From assembly GCF_902459465.1 (NCBI RefSeq), contig NC_047080.1, positions 11,842,001 through 11,906,000 of the forward strand: a stretch of 64,000 nucleotides of DNA, written 5' to 3'. The number at the start of each line of letters is the position of its first letter. Position 1 is the first letter of the stretch. Origin of the DNA: Asterias rubens. Lineage: Eukaryota. The notes beneath the pieces are model-generated. The model saw nothing but the letters and a program-made list of their open reading frames with translations. It was not told the origin of the DNA and ran no database searches. Shown here one piece after another: positions 23,167 through 36,400 of the stretch. The translations under genes and the position numbers were made by a program.

Positions 23167-26100
23167 TCATGTTTGAACCACGCCAGGAATAGTTTTGCAT
23201 CTGTTGGATGCGATGTGTTCCTTAAGGTAGTCTCCTCCTTTCTCAAGATATTCCTCCCTCGTCACAAACCCATCATTGGCTAAAGAAGGAGAGGTGGACC
23301 ATTTCTTAGCTCCGTGCCACGCATCCAGAACTGGATCTCCTATAAATGTGAACATATTCAATAGTAAACTTTATTTCCACTCAACAAATGCTTTATAGTA
23401 GACATACATAAGGTGCATGAGGCATACAAATCTTACCTGCTCGAATGACTTGGAATGTTGATTGGAACGGCCGCACTGCCATCAGTTCAGTCTCTATCCT
23501 CTCCTTCATATTAGGATACATCATGTTACCTCCAGTCAGAAAAACCCTCTGGATCAAACAAAATATAATGCTCATTACACTTTAGAAGGTAACCGCTAGA
23601 ATCGACCTCACTTGACCTCGTCAATGAGCATCAATATTGATGAGGTCAAGCAAGGTCACAGCTCCTGGTTACCATTTAGAGTCCATCCATCTCACCAGTC
23701 TAAAGACCACAATGACATTCAACAGGCCTTGACCTTTTTTCTCTGGCAAGGGTACTGCTATGGGGAACGAGTTTGTATTGGGAACTTTGCACTTTGAACT
23801 TTACAGAAAAAGCAAACCACGGCGATTGCTGTTGATACCGTGGGTCACCTCACTTTTATACCATGCCTGATATGTGGCAGAGGTTACCCACCCCCCCCCC
23901 CCAAATGTTCCCATACTTTAACTCTTCATACTTTCCTCTTGTACAGTTGTACCCCCCCCCCTCAAAGAACACAATGAACACACAATAGGACACCAATATC
24001 TCACACCAAATGCTCACCTGTGCCAATCTATCTTGCGTCTTACTGTCATAACTCCTTAAGACTTGATCCAAGGTTTCAGCCAGTCCAGCCTGATCATGAC
24101 CAATGATGGACGGTTGGAACAAGACCTCTGGGATGCGAATTCTCTCTACTCCGAGTTGAAGCTGGTAGTATTCGGCAAGGTCAAAGGTCATCCTAGGAGT
24201 AGGTTGGGGACTGGTTTCTTTGCTGTTGTGAACAGGGAGAACGATTTTTAGTTCAGAACAGAGGACCCCTTTAATGTAGATAAGATGATCGAGGAAAGTT
24301 GTGGAGGAAACTTTACAAACGTAATAATCCACCTGTTACAATGTAATTGGAACTCAAACAAGAATCAGAAGGGACTTAGAGACCATGGGCGTAACACTCA
24401 GGAAACATGTTGGAGACTTCAAACCTGACTGGACAGGCTTAGTACTTAATATTTTTGTAAATTAGCCCAATGTGATAATTGACCAGGAACCCAGACACAA
24501 ATACTACACATGGAATTTCCTTTTGGTGACCTATTCTGATCAGCAAAATTGTTTTGTGCTTTTTGTCCTTTAAGAAGGCCGGTGGCTGTATGGAATTATG
24601 AACCCTTGCAAATTATGACACCATTTGAATGTTTTTACCTGTCATAGTCCTGATCAACTTCTCTCAGAAGCAGATCAAGATCACATAACTTCCCCTTCTC
24701 AGACTCGTTATCGCTTCCTTCACCGTCTGGGATCTGTGTGTAAAGTTACCATGGTAATACATAAATGTACGTAACCTTCACAATAATAATTCATAAAAGC
24801 CTTCAGTATTTTCTCTAGAAAGATTGTACTTCAAATTACCAATACTTCTGTTCCACTCTGCACCCACCTTTGTTCGAGTCTCCTGTGATTGGTCAATTTG
24901 GGAAAGCTCTTGCTGTGATTGGCTGCTCACCCCCGATATCTTGTCTTTGATCTTCTGAATGGTTGCTGTCAGCTTGTCAATCATAGACTGTAGCTCCGCC
25001 CCTGAGGAGTATCCCAGCTCCAGTAGAGCTCTCTGATGTCAAGACATTGAACAATTACAAGAATAATGAAAGTCATTTGACATTTAAAAATGTGAAAATA
25101 GAATTAGCTGTTCTACAACAACTTACCATTCAAAAGGACCTATGGTATAAATAAATTTAAAAAACGGTTAATGGCCAGGCGTTTCGACCCTAGCAAAGTC
25201 TTTCTAAGATACACACTCACCTGATAACCTTCTTCATCTTCGTCTTCAAGGAGTTCTTGAACACTCTTCAATTGCTGCATCCTATCCTCTTCAGCAGCAA
25301 GCTACATCAACAAAAACAATAAAGCTCTCCTTTAAACTCAGTTTCATCAAATACAAGTTTCAAGCAATAAACCATAAGGGAAACTGACAGTTGATTTCTT
25401 TATTTTTTTTATTTGGTGTTGACAAAGACAAATTTATTAGAGCATGACTTGAGCCTGCAACCTCCAGATTAACATGCTGGCGCTATAACAACTGAACCAT
25501 ATACAGATCTAGCCCTAAAGTTGGCAGTCTCCCACATACTGATTTATCAATTTCTTCAATTCAAGTAATCACCCTTTATCCCGCATGATGAGTAGCAATT
25601 TTTCACCTTTTTTCTAAGCATCTGAAAAGTTAAACTCTTGGATACATCATAGCTCTGTACTTTCTTCATTCTTTGTAAAAGTAAATAATTCACAAAAACT
25701 TAGACTTATGTTTCTTACTCTTTCTTCTCTCCTCTTAGCATTGATCTCCTGAAGGCGTTTTATCTGCTGTTGTTTCTTGTCTTGTTTCTTATCTTCGGAG
25801 GACCATCCAGGCAACTAAGAAAGAGAAGTAAAGTACGCTTGAAATCTCCTCCTTCAAGTTCTTCATGATACTCATTTCCTCTCAGAGTACAGATTGGTTT
25901 TTTTTGGTGAACATTATGAGCACGGAAACACTTCTAAAGACAACACATCATTGGCATTAATTGAACTACAACCTTATCAACAAGACATCTCTTGAGACGG
26001 TTTTTCTTTACAATTTATTTAAACTTACCGGTGTAAATGGTAGTTGTATTCTATGCATGTGTTTATCACAGTAGGGTAGCGACTGCCAGTCATTCACCTC

Positions 26101-28934
26101 TGCATTGTAATCCACTGATACGTATGTGTGCTCATTCACCAGCTCCTGCAACACAAATAAGTTTAAAAGACACTGGACACCTTTGGTAATTGTCAAAGAC
26201 CAGTCTTCTCACTTTGTGTTTCTCAACATATGCACAAAATAAAAACCTGTGAAAATTTTGAACTCAATTGGTTGTTGAAGTTGCGAGATAATAATGGAAT
26301 ACACACCCCTGTTAACCGTAGTTGTGTGCTTTCAGATGCTTGATTTCGGCCGACCTGATAATCTAATTCTGAGGTCTCGAAAATCAAATTTGTGGAAAAT
26401 CCCTTCTTTATCGTAAACTATTTTACTTCAGAGGGAGCCGTTTCTCACAATACTTTATACTATCAACAGCTCTCCATTGCTTGTTACCAAGTAAGTTTTT
26501 ATGCTAACAATTATTTCTAGTAATTACCAATAGTGTCCACTGCCTTTAAGGGTGTGACGTTATTGTGGAATGTGCTATATAAGACTTAGTTGTTATTATT
26601 ATTTTTATTTAGAAGCAATTCAATGACACGCCAATTTAAAATATGCTAACCTTTTTCTGCTAAGCAAAATGTCCTGTGCTAAGCAGATTTAGATTATGTT
26701 GAACAAATATTCCTTACCTCGGCTCTACTCAAATTAATAGCAGCAAAATGTGCTGGATATTTCAGTTGCAGCAACTTATGCATGAATGTTGCTGAATGCA
26801 GACCACCGATGTTGACTCGTCGACTATGTGTGACGTCTATTTTGCCTTGAATTATTGGAAGAATATGGGTAGTCTGGTAACCAGAGGAGAGTACCAGACC
26901 ATCAGAGGTTCCTGTAATCAAATGAGAGTTGTGGTAATAGTGGTCATCTTATTAAGCCTATAATTCTGTGACGCTCAACGCACTCAACAATATAAAAAAG
27001 TGAAAAGCAGAAATACTAACTTTGTATATAAAAAAGAGCAACACATAATTATACATTTTTTCAACATTACCTGAGCTCGGGAAGTTTTGATAGAAGCTGA
27101 ATAGACTAGCCACACCAAAAGCCAGTTTAGGAACATGGTAGCACTCAAACAAAAGCTCCGACATCACTGAAAAAGAAAATATTATCATAATTATGTCCTC
27201 AAATGATTCAACATTTTCATTTTCTTTGGATACCTGCTAAGAATAACTGAACATGGAATGTTTTTTGTTTTTGGCTGGTAACCTGTTTTTACTAAGCAAG
27301 ATGTTCATGTGCTTAACAAGTTTTTGTGCTTACAGGCTTTATGAAACTTGGCCCTGATTGACTTACACTGCCGGCAGTAACTCGGATTACAAACTGTCTC
27401 TGTCAGTACTAGAGGATGTGTGACAGCGCCCTCTGTGTCCAGACCAAGATGCGAAAAGATGTGATCAAATACAAGCTCTTGTGAGTCGTAATTTGTGACC
27501 ACATCACGGTCGAACTGTGTCTTCAGCAACCAGCGTATCGTCTCCACATTAGGAATGTCGTTTCCGATCTGAGACTCATAGTCTTTCTTGCCTCGTTGGC
27601 GAGCGATTAAGCTACGGAAGACAAGACGGGGGGAAGGATCACTGGCCCAGCCCACTCTGCAGTAACAAGATCCTTCAGGCAAATATAAAAAGAAGACCAC
27701 AATTCAATAATAAACAGCATACATAGGAAAACTTTAACTCTAATATTAAACATGGTGGTTCGTAATAGCTTTATAAAATTGGGCCCAGCACAGTGAAACG
27801 AAGACAGGGAGTCTAACTTTGGCTAAGCTGTGTACTGTTTGATTCAACAACCACGACAGCACTGTCTCCTCATCAGTCAGAGCCTCCTGTTTCATAATCC
27901 TAGAACTATGAGGTTCGTTTCCGCTACTCTAATAACTATGAGGTTCCTTCCTCTATTGTTGTCAATTACTCCTAGAAGTATGGGGTACCTTCTTGGAGAC
28001 GATAGCGAAACGAACCTCATAGTTCTAGGAGTAGCAGAACGAACCTCACAATTCTAAGAGTTTGGAGACGATAGCGGAGCGTACCTCATAGTTCTAGGAG
28101 GTACCTGTCTCATTAGTTGCGATAACGTAACCCTCCTCCTCCGGGAGGAGGGTTACGTTGGGAGGAGGGTTACGTTAGAGGAGGGTTACGTTATCGCAAC
28201 TACTGTTCATATAATACTTACCGTTATCAATAATGAGTGGAGTGTCACTCCCTCTAATAGCTTCCGGGTATTTATGATATTTATCAGGAGTGCGGTTAAG
28301 ATGACCATCTCGGAACCTGAAGGTATCACTTGATTCTGCAACATGATTTATCAAAATTAAATAACTATATAAGAACAAAGGACTGGTTCGTTATTCGGAA
28401 AAGTTTCCGTATAGCGCCACCACTTTTTCATTCGATATAAATAATATAATAGTATCTAATTTACCTCAATGAGATATCCCTTTTTGTAAAAATGAGTGAA
28501 AAAGTGGTGGCGACATACAGAAAGTTATCCCATTTCAGTTGTTCTTCCACCCAGTACTATGAGGCAGCCGTACTTATGATGATGATTAATTCAAGTTTTG
28601 GGATTGAGAAAACAGACTGGAAAGTGGAAGTTCTTTCGATTGATCTTCTTCAGTGCAAATTGTATGTTATTTAGTTAGGCCATGGTTAGGCCATGGAGCG
28701 GAGGTAGTAGTAGACTTCCCTCCGTGGTTAGGCCGAATAACATCAATATCATGCTTGGACCATGCTTGGGCTGGCTAGAGACACCGGGGGAGGAGGAGGG
28801 GGGGGGGGGAAGGGGGGACAGAATCTGGGATCTCCCGTGGTCACACAACACACAGGGTGGCAAACAAAAGACAAGGTCGAAAAGGGAAAAGAGTTCTTCC
28901 CCAAGTCAATACCTGAATATTCTTCAGCTGCCAT
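23167..28934 (-). CDS. ACTR5: Actin-related protein 5 (INO80 complex subunit), 13 coding exons, 591 aa
   Basis: Exons 28934-28913, 28335-28222, 27672-27367, 27166-27071, 26911-26718, 26145-26029, 25814-25719, 25301-25221, 25032-24868, 24733-24639, 24222-24018, 23548-23437, 23339-23167 (1776 nt, phases consistent). Motifs: [103 protein letters not shown]. The 22-nt first coding exon is inferred from phase and is less certain. Confidence 0.95.
25440..25500 (-). mobile_element. Degenerate tRNA-like SINE head in an ACTR5 intron
   Basis: Minus strand tggttcagttgttatagcgccagcatgttaatctggaggttgcaggctcaagtc, with decayed A and B boxes. Confidence 0.45.
26164..26549. mobile_element. MITE with TA-flanked TIRs (Tc1/mariner-like non-autonomous), copy 1
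   Basis: Ends taaaagacactggacac...gtgtccactgccttta. Near-full second copy at 61704-62085; partial copies near 9470-9520 and 63650-63782. Confidence 0.8.
27898..28100. repeat. Compound foldback array of the ctcctagaact family
   Basis: Several tagaactatgaggttc units facing gagacgatagc...gaacctcatagttctagga units. Confidence 0.75.
28114..28202. repeat. Palindromic element with three internal gaggagggttacgtt units
   Basis: tagttgcgataacgtaaccctcctc ... gaggagggttacgttatcgcaacta. Partial relative at 30041-30064. Confidence 0.75.
28397..28530. repeat. Inverted repeat with arms of about 34 bp (MITE-like)
   Basis: gtatagcgccaccactttttca (28409-28430) versus tgaaaaagtggtggcgacatac (28497-28518), extendable outward. 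Confidence 0.65.
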
Positions 28935-28943
28935 TCTACATTC

Positions 28944-29830
28944 CTGTAGAGCTACAATACTATTGAAAACATAAAAATCTCCACCAAAGTCGCTTTCAAT
29001 TATAAATATATAAAAAACTAAAGAAAAGAATCACTTTTGATCCTTTTGATTGAAGCAGTCGACATCAGACAGGGACGCTGACATACTGAAATAGCGCCAC
29101 CTCTCGGCGAGATATTCCTATGACGCATGCGTGAAAAGGAAAATATTGCTAGACTTGATCTCAAGCAAGCTAGTTGTAAAGAAACAAAATGGAACTTCTT
29201 CTGCGAAGCACTGCCTAATAAAAATGCACAAAATGTTGTAAATAAGGTGTGTCGTATAAGACAAGGTAAGAAGTCAACATGACAGCTTTATTAGCCAGTG
29301 TGTCGGATGAATATTAAGCAATTTTCAGTGTAGGTAACAGTCAAACAATGCAGTTATTTCGAGCATGTTAATAAGATAAGTGTTTCATTTTTTTCAATGT
29401 TAATTCAATGAATTGTTGTGATGATGGCGGTCTGTCAACAAAAAAGGTCCCAAGTCGTCCCATTTTCAACGTTGACTGTCATTCATAATGACATTAACGT
29501 AAGTCCTACACTCCAGTATCACTGCCACACATCTATAATAAGCATAGTACTGCGTGGGTAGCAGTGAAATTGGGCCCTGATTGCAAGTGAGACTGAGATT
29601 TAAAATAGAAAAAACAGTGTAGTTTTCATCCCCATTTTTGACATGTCCCAATGTGATTGCCTACTCGACCTGTGAATATGAGGTTCATTCCGCTACGCGC
29701 TAGCCAACATTACTCTTCTTAGAACTATGAGTCGTTACGCTATTGTCTCCATGAACGTGGAGACGATAGCGGAATGAACCTCTAGTTCTAGGAGTAAGCC
29801 AAGAATCAAGATGACCAGTGACTGAGTGAG
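28944..29830. promoter_or_regulatory. Shared bidirectional promoter region of ACTR5 and RABGAP1, including a putative non-coding RABGAP1 exon ending at 29829
   Basis: Divergent genes. Donor GA|GTAAGT at 29829/29830 and acceptor ttccttccAG| at 30303 lie upstream of the RABGAP1 ATG. An acceptor at 28944-28945 just upstream of the ACTR5 ATG implies a further non-coding exon in this interval. Confidence 0.5.
29661..29796. repeat. Foldback element of the ctcctagaact family, in the ACTR5/RABGAP1 promoter
   Basis: tatgaggttcattccgcta ... ggagacgatagcggaatgaacctctagttctaggagta. Confidence 0.7.
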
Positions 29831-30435
29831 TAAGTTTTTTTTTATTTCACTGGTCCATCAGCTTATTGTACTTGTTTGTAATTCATAATATTAAATTAAG
29901 GAAACCTTTTTTATAAACACCAAACTAGCCAGCCGTGACCACTTGAAGTTGGACCTCTGATGTTTTAACTGGCATTTGGGCAGGGGACTGAACTGTTAAA
30001 GGTTAAAGGGGTAACCCTGCTACTACACCCATCCCTAGTGTAGTTGCGATGTTCGTAACCCTCCATCCTTCCGACTGTCGATCCCGTTTTTACACGTTGT
30101 GAGCGCACATTAACACTGCAATACATAACATTGGTTTATTTTCGTCAAATTTTGTACTTTATTAGTGTTTTTTTTTACTTACTGGGATTGTGTTGAGTGT
30201 AAAAATCTCAAAGCTTTTGGAATCGGGCATGGTAAATATGGGGGAAAATCAGTTTTAAAAATACAGATTTTAAATTGTCTTCTCAATTTGTTTTTCCTTC
30301 CAGGATGTAACTGTTGCCTCTGCGGGATTGGTTAAAATTTGCCAATTACCTGCAAAGGGCTCACTCTGCACATTCTCCACCCCGTAAAAACAGGGGTAAC
30401 TTCATTTTAACGACATCGCTATTCAAAGAGCATCC

Positions 30436-33400
30436 ATGGAAGACAAGGTTAGTCGCAGTTCTGCTGACTCTTTGTCTGTCACAGAAGAGTTTGTAGTCGT
30501 CACGCCCAACTCGGAGAAAACACCGGAGCCTAGTCAGGACAATGTATCAACAACGTCAGCGGAGAGCACTGGACTGAAGATTGTTGGCAACGGAAATATG
30601 GAAGATCTTAAGCAACATCTGGATGAGGTCCTCGGAGGGGATCAACATGATGGTAAAGCGCCCTCGGATGGTCACGATGAAGGAGTAAGCGGTTGGGAGA
30701 CACCGACTAATAACGATAAATCACGCTTTAGGAGTGTCAGCGAGCCAGTCTACTCTGCCAATAATCCATCTCACCGTGTTGGCGGTGATAGTCCAACTTC
30801 ATTCCAGCAGATTTCATCACAAGATCTCGGTGAGCGAATTCTCTCGGGTCATGTGGAAAGTTGGAAGGTTAGGGATCAAGGGTCATCTAGGGATGAGGGT
30901 AGCCTTGACCCTTGGGAGCCGAGGTCAAGTCAAAATGATTCGGAAAGTAAGTAAATATTAAGTTTGTTGGGCACGGCATGTAGGAGAGGTTCCACTACTA
31001 CCACTCTCACTCCTGCACAACGGTCATGGTATGGTAATCATTTTAATTCTTAATTCATACCCAAAGGTTTTTAACTTGTTTTACTAAAAGGTCATGTAGG
31101 AATCGAGATTGATAGCTCGTAAAAAAATTAAATTGAAAAATGTCAATACTTTACAAACATTTCCAAACATTTCATAGCCAATATATTACTTTTTATAAGA
31201 AATAACCATCAACTTGTGACTATCCCGAATACTCTTTTTTTTTATCAACGTACGACAAAAACACTGAATTGTTGTTGATGTTGTTTGCAAACTTCAGAAA
31301 CTTGTTTTGAAGAATGAAAACAAAAATATATTTCTAATAAAATTGTTTGTGCCTTCGGGTATCTGAGCCAGAAAATGCAAGTATAAAGAATTGGTTTTTC
31401 ACTTTCAAAATTAATGAGAAACTTACTGCAATATTAAAACTAAAGAGTATAGACCTTATGCATTGACGTCTTCCACCCGCCATCTTAGAGGAAAAACAGT
31501 GACGATCGAAACGCACAGATTTGTATGCGCGGCGCACAGTTTTGGCCAATAAACAACCTCCTTTTGACCTCTAGGTGAGGGCGCCCTACTAAAATGACGT
31601 CATGTGCATAAGGTCTATACTTAAAAATGAAAATTATAAATTTGTGTATTTAACAGTTGTTTGTCTGTTAATGTTGCATGATGTAACTTAAATAAACGTT
31701 CGTAGATTTTTACACCATCATGGTATCATGAAAAGTAATACTTACTAAACCTTAATTTGTTTTAAACATTTTACCAAACACCATCTTCACATGGGTTTCA
31801 TTAATTTCTAACACCACAAATCAATATTGAGAGTTTAGAAATGGTGTGCACTTAACAAAACTCTAACTTTCTTAATCCAAATCTTGTTTAAATGACACAT
31901 AATAAGTAATCAGTGCTATATGAGCAAATGTTAACAACATTTTTAAGAAACAATGCAATATCAGAGAAATCTGGAGTGAGTGATTTTTTACAGATTTTGC
32001 TGATGCTTACTAGTTACCATGGAGGTAGAAATAGCTCTTTCTACATCCATGCTACTATAATACATACACATGTCCAGTACACTGGATGTAGGCCTAATTT
32101 ACCAAAATGTCCCATAGTTCACAAACGCCTGCACATTCCTATTGTTGAATCCCAGGCCATGTATTTCAAACTCTAAGGGAAATACCACATTCCTGGACTA
32201 ATGGGCAATTCAGTAAGAAAAACAACACTACAAGTACACTGAGGAGTCTGAGGCTACATGATACTCCTCTCATGGGACAGTGGAAGCTTGTCCCAAGTGA
32301 ACTCTAGGAATTTCAGGCCTGTAGTGTCTATTTTACAATATCCAAAATCAGAATTGAGCTGAAAATCATGCTAAAAGCAATTGCTTCCATTTCCTTGCCT
32401 TTACCTTGGGCATGCCTGGAATTTCATCTTTGAACATGTTGAAAAGGGCAAGGCCATTTTCATTTAGCAAAGGGCACTTCCATTGGAAAATCTTATAAAG
32501 TCAATGGGAACTTGTGAAGGGGCACCAAGGCAAAGACAAGGGGCAACGGAGGCCGTGCCCTCCCTGGCCTGCATGTAACTCCTGCGTGGCATGCCATGGT
32601 GCCCTAAAAATTATCCCAAGTGGAGCTGTTGGAGTGGGGTAAAGATCCATCCATTGGACTCCCATACACTGTGCTGCCCGGATGCTTTGTTTTTGAGAGG
32701 GCAAGGGCACCAAGGCATTTTCTCTGCAAACTTCTGTTGGAACATTTTGAAGAGTCAATTGCCTCCATTTAATAGTAGGCCTCACTGCATGTTTGAAATT
32801 GAATATACAAACTGCAAAGATTGGGACCTGACTACTTTTAATCATAAAGGTACATAAATAAACATGATAAATGCATTCACATTGAAAACAAAACATGGTT
32901 TATAATACCTTGTTATCAAGCAAGTAAATGTGGTGTATCGTGTAGCACTGAAGTGTCAGACAAAACAATCAAAAGTTGTACTTAATCATTGTGTAATATT
33001 GCGTCAGTCAAGAATGTCCCAGCCACAGCAGTCTGAATAATCTATTTATTGACATAAGTCATTTCCTTAAAAATTGTACACAATGAACTCTGTTGGGTAC
33101 TTCATTGGTCACACACGGCTAATTTAGAATCAGTTTCATTGTATGAACAAACCAGTGTATAAGGGAAGGAATGAAACCACGCGTAGTCATAAACCGCCTA
33201 TCATAAGTCATACTTCCATGTTCCAGCAAAAGACTGGATTCACTCCCCTACTCAACAACAAGAACAGTAGCCCCACTAAGTTTGGGCGTACACTCTTCAT
33301 AGGTGCACAACCTACATGAAGGAGCTCTCCCTCATGACCTGACCTCATTTGAGTGTTATTGCTAGAAAGGAGCTGTTCAATTATTACATCAAGATCAAGT

Positions 33401-36400
33401 CAACAGTCCTTGATGAACAAATGTAGCTGCTCTGGCTATGGCTCTGGCTGTGACTGATGGTTATTGCTAAGGACATCCTACAGTACATCATGATAACGCT
33501 GCGATCCAGCCGTAGCTGTAGTACAACTAGTCGTAGCCGCAAATTCGGTCGCTGCCTTAAATTTGCACATTTTTTACAAGACTTTACAAAATTTAATGTT
33601 TTTTGCGAAGAGTACATGTACTCGCTCAACCTACCTCAGCGGGTGTCAAACCAAATTCAACATTTTAATTGAAATAAATAGTTGTGAAAACATTGTGTAA
33701 ACTTTTTTAAATCTTAAATGTTAAAAATCTTAAGAATTCTTATAGGCAAGTTCCCTGTAAGATCATTATGTGCGCTTCAAATGTTATTTTCTTGAAGATT
33801 GAAGTAGGACAAATAGTTTTATACAATGTACCAAATAAGCTGTTGGACTAATGAACATAAGATGTCTTTAATTTAATGGGAGACTTCACTCAACCAATCT
33901 TGTGTCTCATTAACAATAATTCTTTATCTTATAGATCGGCTGAGCCCATCTCGAGTCGGCATGGTCCCTTTGGATAAGATCTGTACCCTGTTCTCCCGCA
34001 TCATCTATCTTGGAGCAGCTTCGGTCAATGCTCCTAAGAGCGAGATGGAGGCCACTAAGAAAATGACCATATTGAAGCAACAACAATCTCAGAATGCTAT
34101 TGAGATTGTTCTGTCAGTGCCGAGGACATCTGAAGGATCTGTGAGGTGAGTTAACATCTTTACCTCGCTTCGATCGTCTTGATTTTGTTCTTAAGAAATC
34201 ATGTGTTTTGTTTGTTGTGATGTACATATCCTACGAAGGATGATAGTACATGGCTAGAATTTGGGGGAAAATCCACAGAACTGAAGGGGGTTGTACTATG
34301 TAGCTTAAAATTTTGAACCAGAAGTTATTTTGCAAGACAAGAATCGTAAAGAGTTGAGCAAGCACGAAGAGAAGATCTACTTCAATTTGTGTGTGTTTAG
34401 TGTACTCCTTGAAAGAAAAATATCCCATTCACCGTCAACATTTTTTGACAAAGCTATTACACAATGAGTAGTTTGATTCAAAAAAATTACACAAGACCAC
34501 CGGGGATGTCCCAGTTTGAGTTTACTAGCCGGACACTAACATCACAGGCCCTGTTCTGCAAAAGTACCTTCAGATAAAAGACTTCAGGGATTTACAGGAA
34601 GTGTTTCTCAGTAATTATCCATGTATTGGTTATTTCCTCCCTTGGCACTGGAGTTGCTATGTCAAGGATAAAACCAAGAAAAACATTTTCGTTGATGAGA
34701 GAGTAGAATACTTTTATTTCTCCTGAAGAAAAGCAGAGTACACATTAACTGTTTAAAACATCAAGACCACCAAGCGGACGATGTTAATATTTGGTTATTT
34801 CCTCCCGTGGCACTGGAGTTGCTATGTCAAAGATAAAACCAAGGAAACATTTTCGTTGATAAGAGAGTATGATACATATTTCTCCTGAAGATGAGCAGAG
34901 TACTGTTCGAAACATCAAGACCACAACGGAAAATGTTAATATTTGTTCACATCAGTCTGTCCTTATCCACACGTACAGGGACTTACGTTTTTCGTGGTTT
35001 TTTAAAACAATATTTCACAAAATATTGTTTATTTCGTGTGCATTCTCAATTTTGTTGAGAGAAATATTGGTAATATTTTAAAGTAATAGTACACTGGTAA
35101 GCAGTAGTGCATACACTGTACAAGTACTTGATCCACATAATACTTCAGGTAAACATTGTATACATACCCAAGGTTACTTTGTGTACTTAATTTCATCCAT
35201 TACATTAAAGCAAGAGGAGTGCATACATGTAGATTGGAAACGCCAATGTTTCCCGAGGTCCTGAAATTTAATTCACAGGAAATTAGCAATATTGATGAAC
35301 AAAAGCAATGTGTGCTTTCATTAGATGCAGAAGAATTCATAAGTTTGTACAAGGATAAACTGAACATACATTTACCAGAGTGGATACTATGGTGGCCCTA
35401 CAGGGACATCTCATCTCAAATAATGTGCATATTGTACGCATGCGATGTTGTGATATTATTCACGAACATGTTCGCACGTGCACTCATATATTTCCAATGT
35501 CGGGAACACTATTGTATACTTTGTTTTCTACCTCCGTGGTTTCATAACGTACCTTTGAGATAATGTCATACATGTAGTTGTGGAAAATTTGTTAATAACA
35601 TTTTAGCAGGAAAGTAGTCAGGCCCTTGTAAGCATCACTATGCAATATGTGTACCCAGGAACTTGGTACCAGGCTAAGTCTCCCCATTTGGAAGACCACC
35701 TCAACTCGCTTGCCTCATAACATGACTACCACTAAAACTATTTCCACTTGATCCCAAAACGAGATGCAAGGAAACACTATTTCACTAAATGTACCATCTG
35801 TGACTGCAATCTTGCTTATTTTTGCATTTTTTTATAACAGAAAATTGGTGAGCAACATTTGCTACTTTTAAAAGTAGCTCTTAGAAATTATGTGCCCCAA
35901 TTTCATAGAGCTGCTTTAAAAACACAAGAAGTAGCTATAAGCACAAAACAATTTACGTACAAGATTAAGGTTACCAGCCAAACTACCATGTAACATGTAC
36001 AATTTGCGGCTGGTATCCTGTGCTGACGCAACTGTATGAAACTTGGCCTAGTGGTGTTCCCGGATGGTACTGTACTGTGCAGATTTATTATGCAGTCCAA
36101 CTCATCATTCGATGAGTCATTTATCTACAATTTCATTGTCATGTTATTCCTATGACTATCAGCTTTCATTCAGATGACTCTTTCTTCCTCAAATTGATTG
36201 TTTGAAGGACGAAGTTGGAGTGGAATTATATCTGAAAAAAATTATGTTTTATTTCTTGTTGAAATGGAGTGGATTTTAAATACTGTATAATAATAATAAT
36301 TATAATATTGTTTTGATTTATATTGCATCCATTCCATAAAATGTACACAAGCGCATAACAAAATAATTAGACAATGATTAAAAAGATACCTACTGGTAAC

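Noticed and set aside
25440-25500. tRNA-like sequences here and at 6455-6527, 13945-13970 and 62675-62700 as true tRNA genes
   Set aside because: Acceptor and anticodon stems do not close, and the flanks are shared repeat bodies; they are SINE heads.
28336-28378. ORF-track N-terminal extension of ACTR5 ([14 protein letters not shown])
   Set aside because: It reads through the polypyrimidine tract and acceptor of intron 1; the phase-1 exon MAAEEYS at 28934-28913 fits better.
35156-35563. 135-aa plus-strand ORF in RABGAP1 intron 3
   Set aside because: TTG start, no similarity to RABGAP1 or any family I know, no compatible splice sites.
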